Virus record (IMG/VR): IMGVR_UViG_3300037067_012889
Coordinates: 1-64,000 of that record
Direction: 5' to 3' (one strand)
Source: a virus
Lineage: Duplodnaviria > Caudoviricetes
Length of the DNA stretch: 64,000 nucleotides
Below the pieces are notes generated by a model that made no database searches, was not told where the DNA came from, and saw only the letters and a list, made by a program, of their open reading frames with translations. This document shows, in pieces, positions 1 through 9,289 of the stretch (the stretch's first letter is position 1; each line of letters starts with the position of its first letter). The position numbers were made by a program, and so were the translations under genes.

Positions 1-1
1 A

Positions 2-283
2 GGGAATCAGAGATGCTACTTAGGTGAAACATTTCACATGGGGTTGAAAAGATTGACGCTGCAGCTGCAACATGGTCAGATTTTATCAGAGGACCAGTCG
101 GCTACGCATCAAACAACACCCAGACGAGTTATAAAATTCGTTTCTAGAGTATTCCAATCACATGCAGATGGTTATATTAACCTAACACCGCGTATTATAC
201 CACTACCTTATCAACACCCAAGAGCATCTGGCTTGGGAATGGCTCAACAATTCTGGAGTAAACCGGGTGGGCCTAAGTGGTAA
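2..283 (+). CDS. hypothetical protein, 5'-truncated by window edge
   Basis: The frame of ORF 38..283 is open back to base 2; its stop abuts the convergent gene at 284. Confidence 0.5.
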   Translation, partial: GNQRCYLGETFHMGLKRLTLQLQHGQILSEDQSATHQTTPRRVIKFVSRVFQSHADGYINLTPRIIPLPYQHPRASGLGMAQQFWSKPGGPKW

Positions 284-1633
284 TTAGGCTTCAAGATCTA
301 CTGCAACGCCGTGTGCTATTAGTTGAACCCCGATTGTTTGTTGATAGTTCTTAATATCTTTAGGTGTGCATTTCAAGAATTTCGCCATACGATTCTTGTG
401 CGGTATTCCTTGATTTACGCGTGGCGTGTCTGGGAATTCTTGGACAAATTCTTGATAAATAGGTCCAACCCCATATAACAGTTGAAAGACAGCCTTGCAA
501 TCACCATCCGGTAAGCACTTCTGGACGTGAGCAATTATCTCACGCATTTCGATGCCATGTACATTATCTTCAGTCATGTGCTGGTCCTCTAATTGCGATA
601 TTACATCGACAGAATCACCGTCATCGCTACGGTGACCGACGACATTATTCACAATTTGAACTTCTGAATTGACAGATGCCGAAAATTCCGCATACGGAGC
701 TTGCCCTTGCATGTCGCGTACTACGATATAATTGGGGTCGATAGCAACTTCGCCACCGAGAGCAACTAGGTGCTCCTTAATTTCCCAAAAACGTGGATAG
801 AAATCGGATGGCGACAGCAACAATGGATCACACGCAATAGCATAGCAGGCGGTATCTAATGGGAATGATTTATTGCGTTCTGGACATCCATTGTATACGT
901 GAAAAGCTTTAATATCGGTGAGTAGCAGATTAATTGCGTCTGCTGCAATTTTGTCAGCCGGGCCGATCAATATCTCTATACGCTTTTGGTGTTTAGTTAT
1001 CGGATTTTCTAATAATATTTGTCTGAAATAATTCCATATAAACGAGCCAAAAAATTTCTTCAACTGTTCTGGGTCGTTTAATATTCTCTCGGGGTCTTCT
1101 ACTTTTTCAGCACCACGAATTGCTGTTATACAGCTTTTAATAAGTGGCGGACGTTTGCATTCTCTCTGCAAACGATTAACAACAAAGAGATATTCGCTCT
1201 GGGTGAGCGGATCATTCATAGCGAAAATGCTTTCGCATGGATCTGATATCAAACACCCATCACAGACAGGACAGAAATCGAAGCACCTGTTAAATGGAGT
1301 TGGGCGACCGCTTTGGCTAAAGAATGAAGTACTATGGCACAAGGAACATTCGAACTTATAATCAGTATGATACAGTAGATGTACAAGACCACGCCAAACC
1401 GCAATTTGAAATTCTTCTTGTGCTGCGTTTTGGTTGTCGTGATAATCGGCAGCGATCGTTGATCCTAGCTGATAAATGAATTCTTGACGATGACCGGCAA
1501 GCACTTCGTGGTTGCCGACAATGACCATCAATTCGTCGATTCTCGCCCGTTCTTCCTTCGTCAGATTCTTCATCGTGACGTTTGCGAGTGACCCACGCAA
1601 GAAGACCTCCGAGAGTTGTCTTACTTTGGACAT
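284..1633 (-). CDS. sigma-factor-like protein with Cys-rich insertion
   Basis: Region-2-like helices (AAQEEFQIAVWRGL ... KKFFGSFIWNYFRQIL) are split by CxxC pairs; C-terminal region-4-like HTH (VQKCLPDGDCKAVFQLL ... MAKFLKCTPKDIKNY). Confidence 0.5.
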   Translation of the reverse strand: MSKVRQLSEVFLRGSLANVTMKNLTKEERARIDELMVIVGNHEVLAGHRQEFIYQLGSTIAADYHDNQNAAQEEFQIAVWRGLVHLLYHTDYKFECSLCHSTSFFSQSGRPTPFNRCFDFCPVCDGCLISDPCESIFAMNDPLTQSEYLFVVNRLQRECKRPPLIKSCITAIRGAEKVEDPERILNDPEQLKKFFGSFIWNYFRQILLENPITKHQKRIEILIGPADKIAADAINLLLTDIKAFHVYNGCPERNKSFPLDTACYAIACDPLLLSPSDFYPRFWEIKEHLVALGGEVAIDPNYIVVRDMQGQAPYAEFSASVNSEVQIVNNVVGHRSDDGDSVDVISQLEDQHMTEDNVHGIEMREIIAHVQKCLPDGDCKAVFQLLYGVGPIYQEFVQEFPDTPRVNQGIPHKNRMAKFLKCTPKDIKNYQQTIGVQLIAHGVAVDLEA

Positions 1634-1686
1634 ACAAACATTCCTTCGTGTGTATTAGAAAGTCAAGAAAAGAAAGGGAATTCGCA

Positions 1687-2331
1687 ATGGCTAAATATTG
1701 TGATACACAGGTTCTCGAACGTAACTGGTTTGAATGGTTAGTTTCTAGTAATACACCAAGCATTGAACATCTGCGCATCAAAAAAGTATTATGGACTCTC
1801 ATAATAGGCATACTACCGGATAGTAAAATACAAGATCCTTGTTTCGCAACACGATTGCATTACATTATTTCTGACGATATTATTTTCTGCACAACAGACG
1901 ATATTGTGACGTGGGTCATGCCTGGCAATTTGAACGTGGAGCAGCTCAAGGCACAAGGATATTATCTTGAACCTACGATGACAGAGAGTTGGCAAGCCAT
2001 GCTGCAAGACATTGCAAAGATGTGTAATGGTGTTGCAAGCAAATTCAACCAACAATCTGCAGAAGAAACAAACAACCTCGCAAGCGAAGCTCTTGTTCAA
2101 GTGATAAGTAAGATTGCTCGTGGGAGGCTTAGATATACCCCTGGAAGAGCCCCCGTATTCAATCTTTTGACAACAACAATCCATCGTTGTATATATAGTA
2201 TTCTGAGTAAAGATACGAGGCAGAAAAAGAATTTCGCCGCCTTTGCGGATCATTTAGCCGTCGAAGAAGCTGGCGCGGTGCGAACAAGCTATAGTAGAAC
2301 ACATCAAAAAGCTCGTGTCAAGATCGATTAA
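1687..2331 (+). CDS. T4 gp55-like phage sigma factor (region 2 only)
   Basis: DIAKMCNGVASKF, NLASEALVQVISKI and YTPGRAPVFNLLTTTIHRCIYSILSKDTRQKK follow the gp55/sigma region-2 pattern; start chosen after purine-rich AAAGGGA. Confidence 0.6.
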   Translation: MAKYCDTQVLERNWFEWLVSSNTPSIEHLRIKKVLWTLIIGILPDSKIQDPCFATRLHYIISDDIIFCTTDDIVTWVMPGNLNVEQLKAQGYYLEPTMTESWQAMLQDIAKMCNGVASKFNQQSAEETNNLASEALVQVISKIARGRLRYTPGRAPVFNLLTTTIHRCIYSILSKDTRQKKNFAAFADHLAVEEAGAVRTSYSRTHQKARVKID

Positions 2332-2336
2332 CGAGC

Positions 2337-2352
2337 TTCCGGTATACCGGAA
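2337..2352. promoter_or_regulatory. perfect 16-bp palindrome TTCCGGTATACCGGAA
   Basis: Seen directly in the gap between the sigma-like gene and 2364. Confidence 0.5.
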
Positions 2353-2363
2353 AATATTATTTT

Positions 2364-3320
2364 ATGATTTTAAATCTACGAGTACGGCCGATAAATAACG
2401 CTAAACGTGAAATAATATTACCACGTGCAGCGAGAACTGTAATCAAGCAACAGCCCGCTGTTACTAAGGTATTGCGTGCAGCGATGCGTCCAAAGCCGGT
2501 GACACCGGTAAAGATGACACCTGCGGTCAATCGTCGAATGCCGGTTATGCCAAAGAGGGGTATCGCCGGAGCAGCTAAGCCGGTAGTTGCCAATTCGAAA
2601 CCCAAAAAACCGATCACGAAAATAATTACTCGTGATCCGCCAGAAGGTAGCACGAAAAAACTACGCGAGCTGCATAATACTTGTGTTGGTCGCATATTGG
2701 TTATCATCGGCAATGGCCCGAGTGTTTTGGAAGTCGATACAGCACGATTATCCGAAAATCCGCGTGTCGATGTTATGTCGATAAATAAACCAGACCTTCG
2801 AGTATGGCCCACAAAATACTGGTTGTTCTGTGATATTTCGCAGCTAAAAAGGCATAACGAGCTATGGGCTAGATATAATGGCTACATATTCAACTCAACC
2901 ATGATTAATGAATCTAGACCGGGAACAATCTTTGTAAAAAACATCCCTGGTTTTGGATTTAGTACCGACTTGGCAAGCGGATTCAATATCGGAAGATCGA
3001 GCGTCTATGCAGCAATGCAAGTAGCATTATGGTTAGGATATGATAAGATATATATTTTCGGTATTGATATGGGTGCTGTCACTGTCGATGGTAAAGAAAT
3101 GCTACACTTCTACGGTGTTAACTTAGATTGCACAGCAGATAGCCGTAAAAAAAGGTTCGCCGAAGAAGCCAAATATTACGAAGACGCAGCACGAACATTA
3201 CCTGAGGAAATTAGGAAAAGATTCTATTTTTGCAGTTCATATAATCGATTTAAATTCCTGGATTATTACAATAGGTTGGATCACCACGCAGCTCTAAAAA
3301 TGATTTGTGACAATGTGTAA
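2364..3320 (+). CDS. MAF/DUF115-like or sialyltransferase-related glycosyltransferase-fold protein with basic N-terminal extension
   Basis: IIGNGPS and ALWLGYDKIYIFGID motifs; about 95 aa K/R/P-rich leader. Confidence 0.65.
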   Translation: MILNLRVRPINNAKREIILPRAARTVIKQQPAVTKVLRAAMRPKPVTPVKMTPAVNRRMPVMPKRGIAGAAKPVVANSKPKKPITKIITRDPPEGSTKKLRELHNTCVGRILVIIGNGPSVLEVDTARLSENPRVDVMSINKPDLRVWPTKYWLFCDISQLKRHNELWARYNGYIFNSTMINESRPGTIFVKNIPGFGFSTDLASGFNIGRSSVYAAMQVALWLGYDKIYIFGIDMGAVTVDGKEMLHFYGVNLDCTADSRKKRFAEEAKYYEDAARTLPEEIRKRFYFCSSYNRFKFLDYYNRLDHHAALKMICDNV

Positions 3321-3327
3321 ATAAATT

Positions 3328-3975
3328 ATGCTAACTCAAAACCTGACTTGTCCATATTGTAGTTCAGAATTTTCAGCAGCTGTATGGGTTGATGGTAAAT
3401 GTGATAAATGTGGTGGCAATTACTATTGGTCGATGGAATTCAATAAAGATCTGACCGATGGTTGGCATGTCATAGAATGGGACAAAAAGAAGTCGATTTA
3501 TATCGCCTCTACATTATCAAATTGGGAACGTGTCAGGGCATTCGTTAGATGTTTTAAGAGGTTAGATATTCCTATAGCATTCGATTGGACGACATATGGA
3601 GAAGAAATCTTCTCTATAAGGGCACCACGTGATTTAGATCCAATATCGTTACGTCAGAAAGCTTTTTGTGAATATAATGGCGTATCGTCGGCGTCATATG
3701 TGTTTGTAATAGAACCAAGCGGACGTGGGACAAATTTCGAATTTGGTATAGCATATCAACGATTTAAAGCCACAAATAACCCAATAATTACAATCCTAGA
3801 CGAAACAGAGACGACAACGCCAGTTAGTTTTCATTATTTGCCAGGTATCAAAAGAACAAAACATGTTAAAAATGCCATTATTGACATTCTGAAACATTTC
3901 GACATTTACATCAAAGATACAGATATCGAAATGCTTGTCCATGATTTGGAGAATTATGATGTTGGATCAGAATAA
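3328..3975 (+). CDS. zinc ribbon fused to nucleoside 2-deoxyribosyltransferase / dNMP N-glycosidase-like domain
   Basis: CPYC...CDKC at the N-terminus; IYIAS and GRGTNFEFGIAY (catalytic-Glu motif GTxxExGxA). Confidence 0.65.
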   Translation: MLTQNLTCPYCSSEFSAAVWVDGKCDKCGGNYYWSMEFNKDLTDGWHVIEWDKKKSIYIASTLSNWERVRAFVRCFKRLDIPIAFDWTTYGEEIFSIRAPRDLDPISLRQKAFCEYNGVSSASYVFVIEPSGRGTNFEFGIAYQRFKATNNPIITILDETETTTPVSFHYLPGIKRTKHVKNAIIDILKHFDIYIKDTDIEMLVHDLENYDVGSE

Positions 3976-4149
3976 AATGCCGTCGAAACCGATCATACCA
4001 GACGGCACTAAGCAACAGAAGACGTTTGCTGGTCCTCATGGTGGTGGAATAGCTTACAATCAGTTATCGGTTGGCAATGATTTCGTCGTCCATAATGCTA
4101 TTCCTGGACACACCCAAAAGCAGAACGTTGAAATCTCAAAACAGAAATA

Positions 4150-4506
4150 ATGCTTATCGAAGAGCTATTGGCCGTTCGTAATCAAATTGCCTCAGCGGCA
4201 CAGGAAGTTTACGATGCTTGGGATCAGGACGAAGATGGAATCGATATCGAAGTAGGTGGCGGAGGTATTTGTGATGAAGTGCAATCTGCCATATCTGACG
4301 TAATAGCATCTAATATAGAATGTGATATAGAAGATGGTGGTTGGGAAGGCGACGATCACGCCAATCTTATCATATCCAGAGGCAACGAGAGATATTTAGT
4401 CGACATCCCGGCACGAGTATACGAGACGGGCGGTGGGATGAACTGGCGCAAAATACCAGATGTCAATATCACAACAGACGACATTATTATCGTTTCTGTT
4501 GATTAA
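4150..4506 (+). CDS. acidic hypothetical protein
   Basis: 118-aa ORF, TAATG-coupled to the upstream ORF. Confidence 0.65.
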   Translation: MLIEELLAVRNQIASAAQEVYDAWDQDEDGIDIEVGGGGICDEVQSAISDVIASNIECDIEDGGWEGDDHANLIISRGNERYLVDIPARVYETGGGMNWRKIPDVNITTDDIIIVSVD

Positions 4507-4529
4507 TTACGTCGTTATTATTGTTCTTG

Positions 4530-4561
4530 AATTGACGTAATGTATTTAAATGACGTCAATT
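4530..4561 (+). promoter_or_regulatory. GTATTTAA promoter-like motif flanked by inverted repeat AATTGACGT/ACGTCAATT
   Basis: Motif at 4542-4549; 9-bp arms at 4530-4538 and 4553-4561, upstream of 4569. Confidence 0.55.
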
Positions 4562-4568
4562 AACAAAA

Positions 4569-5270
4569 ATGGACATAACAATGCTCTATTACATAAGCCA
4601 AAAACTTGAATTAGACATCATGCAGGCGAGCGAGTTAAACGAAGCTATGGAATTAGCTCACGTTTATAGGATGAATGCAGTAGTAGTTCATCCAGACTTA
4701 GTCGCAGATGCATCAATGCAACGAGTTAGAAGACAAGCCAAGTATAAAATTTTAACTACTGTAGATTGGCCGAAGGGTGATAAAGCCGGTGTCAGTAAAT
4801 TCCATAGCATGTCAATCAATGCACTGTCGTGCGACGGATTCGAGATAGCACTCGGTATATTACCACAAGGTATGGCAAAAGCAGAGTCATTGGCAATAAC
4901 CAATTTCATTAGGACAAATCTGCCGCAAGCTACTGAAATCAGATATGTGTTAGGGTGCTTGTCTAGAGAACAAGCTGATGTCGATAATCTATGTATGGGA
5001 ATTAGAGAAACACCGGCTCCGAACTTATTGCGCACAGACATTAATTTACGTTGTGCACAAGCTAAAGCTAATATTTCTGCACATAATACGTCGTTGGCCG
5101 CAATTCTAGCATGTATTAATCGGCCAATTAAGCTGTGCGGTAATATAAACTCCGCTAAGATAATAGCTTCATGCAAGGCTGCTAGATATGGTGTAAGCCT
5201 TAAGCAAGCTCAAACTATAATAAAAGAATTAAAAGAGAATCCAAGTAAGATCGAAAAAATCTTCAAATGA
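4569..5270 (+). CDS. deoxyribose-phosphate aldolase (DeoC)-like TIM barrel, degenerate active site
   Basis: AVVVHP, TTVDWPKG, IKLCGNI and RYGVS occur in DeoC order; the Schiff-base KTSTG motif appears as RTDIN. Confidence 0.65.
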   Translation: MDITMLYYISQKLELDIMQASELNEAMELAHVYRMNAVVVHPDLVADASMQRVRRQAKYKILTTVDWPKGDKAGVSKFHSMSINALSCDGFEIALGILPQGMAKAESLAITNFIRTNLPQATEIRYVLGCLSREQADVDNLCMGIRETPAPNLLRTDINLRCAQAKANISAHNTSLAAILACINRPIKLCGNINSAKIIASCKAARYGVSLKQAQTIIKELKENPSKIEKIFK

Positions 5271-5479
5271 CTAATAGCACCGTCAAAGTTGGTATGTTGG
5301 TGCGCATCTACAATCAAGAACACATTTGGCACGGTGAAATAGGTATCATTCGTGCAACCAAGAGTGGATTTAGCAGAATTGAGCTATTAGGACAATTAGT
5401 ATGGATGCCTAATCATTGGTTGGTTGAGACTGAAGAAGATCGACCTATGGCTCAGGGGACGAGAGATGATCGAATTTGA
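5267..5479 (+). CDS. small SH3/KOW-like beta-barrel protein
   Basis: VKVGMLVRI...WHGEIGII pattern; ATGA overlap with upstream gene. Confidence 0.5.
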   Translation: MTNSTVKVGMLVRIYNQEHIWHGEIGIIRATKSGFSRIELLGQLVWMPNHWLVETEEDRPMAQGTRDDRI

Positions 5480-5804
5480 TATTATCGATGAATTGGGAGA
5501 TAGCGCCGAGCTATTGACAAAATCAGACGTTTGGCTTACAGCAGTAGAAACGAAACTAAGCCAAAGTCTAACGAATCTGTTACACGATTTAGAACAAATT
5601 CAAACAGCAATCAGGATTAAACAGAGACTCCAACAGAATAACAGAGTTGCTATAAGGCGACAAGTACGAAATGGTAGAATGTCTGATGAAGTTATCGAAA
5701 TCTTGCCGCTACCAAGAGCAATACAATTAGCAAATAAAACTGATCGAGATCAGATTAATATATGGGCTGCAGACGGCTATGATGTTCAGGCTGTTATGAG
5801 CTAA
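5466..5804 (+). CDS. hypothetical protein
   Basis: ORF with SD-like GGAC/GAGAG before the ATG. Confidence 0.55.
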   Translation: MIEFDIIDELGDSAELLTKSDVWLTAVETKLSQSLTNLLHDLEQIQTAIRIKQRLQQNNRVAIRRQVRNGRMSDEVIEILPLPRAIQLANKTDRDQINIWAADGYDVQAVMS

Positions 5805-5830
5805 TCGGTAGATTTAGAACAATCAACAAG

Positions 5831-6346
5831 ATGAATCATGTAGGGTATGCTGAGATGGCATATGAGACGCACGATGTGGCATTAATCTGTCTTAACGGAC
5901 ATATTATTAACAGTTCATCTGAGCGTTGTCCAGCTAGAAATTCTTCATTTTGCACTATATGCGGTAAACCAACTATATCAAAGTGCCTATATTGTAATAC
6001 AAACATACGTGGCAGCACGACATACCATGGTAATGTAATTAAGAAACCGCGTCCCATCGGTGTCGCACCAGCCTATTGTGAACACTGCGGAGGAATCATG
6101 CCATGGACAGAAGGTAAATTAGAATCAGCCAAAGAAGCTATAGGCTGGTGCGAAGAGCTAGATGACAAAATAAAGGGTGAGTTGATCAAATCTCTGCCAG
6201 ATATTGCAAAGCAAACACCACGCACTAACTTAGCAGTTGCTCAATTTCAGAGAGCATTAAGAATTGTATTAGATTGTAAAGATTTACTAAAGACACTAAT
6301 CACAGATATAGCAGCGAAGGTCATAGCTGATAAAATCATATCGTAA
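5831..6346 (+). CDS. DUF2321-like zinc-binding protein
   Basis: ICLNGH, FCTICG..TISKC..C..NIRG, YCEHCG..MPWT, TPRT pattern. Confidence 0.75.
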   Translation: MNHVGYAEMAYETHDVALICLNGHIINSSSERCPARNSSFCTICGKPTISKCLYCNTNIRGSTTYHGNVIKKPRPIGVAPAYCEHCGGIMPWTEGKLESAKEAIGWCEELDDKIKGELIKSLPDIAKQTPRTNLAVAQFQRALRIVLDCKDLLKTLITDIAAKVIADKIIS

Positions 6347-7214
6347 TTTTATGTCTCGACTTACCAGACGATGCGTTTAATCTATCCAATTCACTTAACA
6401 ATATCTTAATCTTATCCCCAGTGTCTGAATCTAATCTATTGGTTCCAGGTGGCAATGAATGACGTAACATGGCTATTTTTAAAGCGATTTCTGCTTGCTC
6501 CCTTTTAAGTTGCAAATATGGTATGATTTTCGGCAATATCTCACGCTGTTTATCGGCCATCAGCCTAATGGCCCTAAGTGGCCTTTTATTACCTTTTCCG
6601 CCACCAGAACGTAAAGATCCAACTCCAAGCTGACCTCCCAAATAATCTATCGTTAGCAAATGCGCTAATGAGATTTTATATATTGGTTTTATGGAATGAC
6701 CACCAAGACCAAAACGTCCATTAATGATGGTCCCATCACCATCGGTCATACCGGCCAACCACGGCCAACTAAATATGTGTTCTCTAGGTTCTACATCATT
6801 TATTGCTTTCTTGCCGACTTGATTTAGCTGTCGAACTTTTTTGTAATATGAATGCCATAATTGTGATTCAGCTTCGGAATAAAAAGAATTCTGACCATTT
6901 TTGATATTCAGTGCTGCGAGAGCTAACTTAGCTTGTGGTTGTTTAGTATAAAGATATGGTATTAACTTCGGAAGCAGCAATCGCAATTGGCTACCAGTTA
7001 TTCGGACTGACAATTTTGATGGACGCGGTTGATAATGGCATTTAAGTATTTCACAAACCTTTGGTATGATGATGCTGTCTGTCGTTAGGATTTTGAGATA
7101 ACATCTTCGTATTTTACAACAATGACGTTTTCTTTCGGCCTTAGCATAAGTAAGTATAAAAGAGCCTTCCGCATCAATTACACCACACAACCATTGTATT
7201 TCGTGGTCAAACAT
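6336..7214 (-). mobile_element. free-standing double-motif LAGLIDADG homing endonuclease
   Basis: WLCGVIDAEGSF and WLAGMTDGDGTI; repeated PYLxxKxxQA; start 7214 (MFDHE) follows a minus-strand GTATTTAA at 7229-7236. Confidence 0.9.
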
Positions 7215-7254
7215 ATTATATGTTTGACTTAAATACACAATCAGGATTAAGCAC

Positions 7255-8472
7255 ATGAAAAGCCCATTTCATAAAAACAACACAGGCGGAATGGTAGTAG
7301 TTACGACAGATGGTGGTGCTGGCTCATCTGGTAAAGGTTCCCTCAATTCTTGGCTAGCCGACAAATATCCATTCCACCTGGCCACAAACAACTGGTGCAC
7401 GAATGCTGGCCACTATACCGAACTCGATAATGGGACAAGGATACTCGTCCAACATATACCATCAGCATTTATCAATAAAAACACACAGCTCTACATCAAT
7501 GCTGGTGCGGCGATCGATTTGAAGACGCTTTTTAATGAAGTCTCTAACTTGGAATCTTTGGGATTTCCAATCCGTGATCGTCTTACTATCCACCCGCTCG
7601 CCAATGTAATTACCGAAGAAAATAAACAATATGAACGTGAAACTATCAAGACCGGTAGCACGTTCAAAGGATGTGGTGCTGCTATCGCAGCGAAGGCTAT
7701 GCGATTGCCTCGACAGAAACTCGCCAGAGATTACGAAGAGTTACACGAGTTCTGCACGATTGCCGATTTAACAACAGAGTTGAATCGCCGCATAGCAAAA
7801 CAAGGTATGCGAGTTCTTGTTGAAGGATCACAAGGTGTCGATCTTGATCTTAACTTCGCCGAATATCCATATTGCACATCGCGACAAACACATCCGACAC
7901 AATTGGTCGCTGATGCTGGTCTTCCTGGTAGAGCCATCACGAACGTCGTTATTAATTTGCGCACGAATCCAATACGCATCAGTAATGAATCGGCCGCTAC
8001 TGGTGAACAGTGCTACACAGGCAATTATTGGGAAGCAAGAGAGATTGGATGGGAGGAAGTCGCAAAGCAGGCCGGATATGATAATTTCGATGAATTTGTC
8101 GAAGAGTACAGATATGCAATGATGACATCTGTCACCAAAAAAGTTAGACGAATCTTCGAATTCCCGACTGAGAGAGCCAAATATGTTAATGCTCTTGCTG
8201 GCGGTCTTCTCGAAGAAGGCAATGTTCTTTATAGCCTCAATTTCATCAATTTTGTCGATAGAACCGTCAAAGGCAAGACGACATACGAAGAGGTCTTCAC
8301 GCCCAAGGTCATTAATTGGTTGCGAATGCATCTGCAACCGGTGCTAGAAAACAATGGCAGGTATGTTGATCGTGTGAACGAAAGCTGTGGTGATTCGTCG
8401 GACATGTCGCAATTCTTCGGATTACACTGGGTCAGAACCGGACCGAAGCACAGCCAAATAGTCGAGCTATGA
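7255..8472 (+). CDS. purZ: N6-succino-2-amino-2'-deoxyadenylate synthase (PurZ)-like; adenylosuccinate synthetase family
   Basis: DGGAGSSGKG (Ser at the PurA catalytic Asp), NAGH, GSTFKGCG, VEGSQG, YPYCTSR, TSVTKKVRRIF, LNFINF (instead of PurA TKLD). Confidence 0.8.
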   Translation: MKSPFHKNNTGGMVVVTTDGGAGSSGKGSLNSWLADKYPFHLATNNWCTNAGHYTELDNGTRILVQHIPSAFINKNTQLYINAGAAIDLKTLFNEVSNLESLGFPIRDRLTIHPLANVITEENKQYERETIKTGSTFKGCGAAIAAKAMRLPRQKLARDYEELHEFCTIADLTTELNRRIAKQGMRVLVEGSQGVDLDLNFAEYPYCTSRQTHPTQLVADAGLPGRAITNVVINLRTNPIRISNESAATGEQCYTGNYWEAREIGWEEVAKQAGYDNFDEFVEEYRYAMMTSVTKKVRRIFEFPTERAKYVNALAGGLLEEGNVLYSLNFINFVDRTVKGKTTYEEVFTPKVINWLRMHLQPVLENNGRYVDRVNESCGDSSDMSQFFGLHWVRTGPKHSQIVEL

Positions 8473-9281
8473 GCGTTAAACTAGCTGCTTATATGGACGA
8501 GGTTTTCGATGATCCAGACAAGGCTGGTTGGTTATTAATATCAAAGAAAATCACTAATGTCTGCCTTCGTCGTGCTTGGTGTCGCGACATATCAAGTATG
8601 CCAGATAATGCTATAGGTATACTTGATAACACGCTAACTAAATACGGTTTGTCGCCAGTAATGTTATCTACCGACATAGGTTGTGTAGATCCTGAGAAAC
8701 TGGCTGCCGAAGAACAAAAATTTATCAGAGCTTTACAAATATGCAAATTTTTGAAATGCAAGGCGATTCGTGTCGGTCTTGGCACTACATCGACAAATAA
8801 AAATGCCAGTGAATATGTCCAAAAATGGTTATCGCTCACTTCAAAGCTAAGCATATCATATGACATGTTGTTGCTATTCGAGCCAGAAAGTACAAGCTAT
8901 TATAACCAGCCAGCATCAATCGCGGTCTTCCTAAGCAAATTCAGAAGATGGCAATTGCTACTAGATCCAGCACTACTTGTAATCAGATCAAAAATCAATC
9001 CGTTCGTAAAGTATTGGTCTTTATTGAAATCGCGAACAAGTTTTATCGATATTCATGATTTCAAGAGTGGGAATTCTGCGAAACCAGCTGGATTGGGTGA
9101 TGCACAGCTAGATATTCTGATTGCGGATGCTCTGGTCAACAACTTCACAGGGTGGTTTTGTTTAGAACCGGGTCTTGGTCGCCGATATGGCGATGCGATG
9201 ACCAAAGATAAGACATTCTTATGCGCCCTTGACGCATTTCAAGCACTACTACAAAGAGTACAGTTACCAAAAATTTTATAG
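8469..9281 (+). CDS. sugar phosphate isomerase/epimerase-like (xylose isomerase/AP endonuclease 2 TIM barrel)
   Basis: LAAYMDE, LLFEPE, LLDPA, IHD, PAGLGD and CLEP motifs; ATGA overlap with purZ. Confidence 0.75.
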   Translation: MSVKLAAYMDEVFDDPDKAGWLLISKKITNVCLRRAWCRDISSMPDNAIGILDNTLTKYGLSPVMLSTDIGCVDPEKLAAEEQKFIRALQICKFLKCKAIRVGLGTTSTNKNASEYVQKWLSLTSKLSISYDMLLLFEPESTSYYNQPASIAVFLSKFRRWQLLLDPALLVIRSKINPFVKYWSLLKSRTSFIDIHDFKSGNSAKPAGLGDAQLDILIADALVNNFTGWFCLEPGLGRRYGDAMTKDKTFLCALDAFQALLQRVQLPKIL

Positions 9282-9289
9282 GTAGGTGA

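Noticed and set aside
6336-7214. Intron- or intein-encoded endonuclease
   Set aside because: It is antisense to intact flanking genes, with no split host gene, intein termini or intron core seen
7255-8472. Ordinary host-like purA
   Set aside because: The catalytic Asp is replaced by Ser and the GTP-specific TKLD is replaced by NFIN
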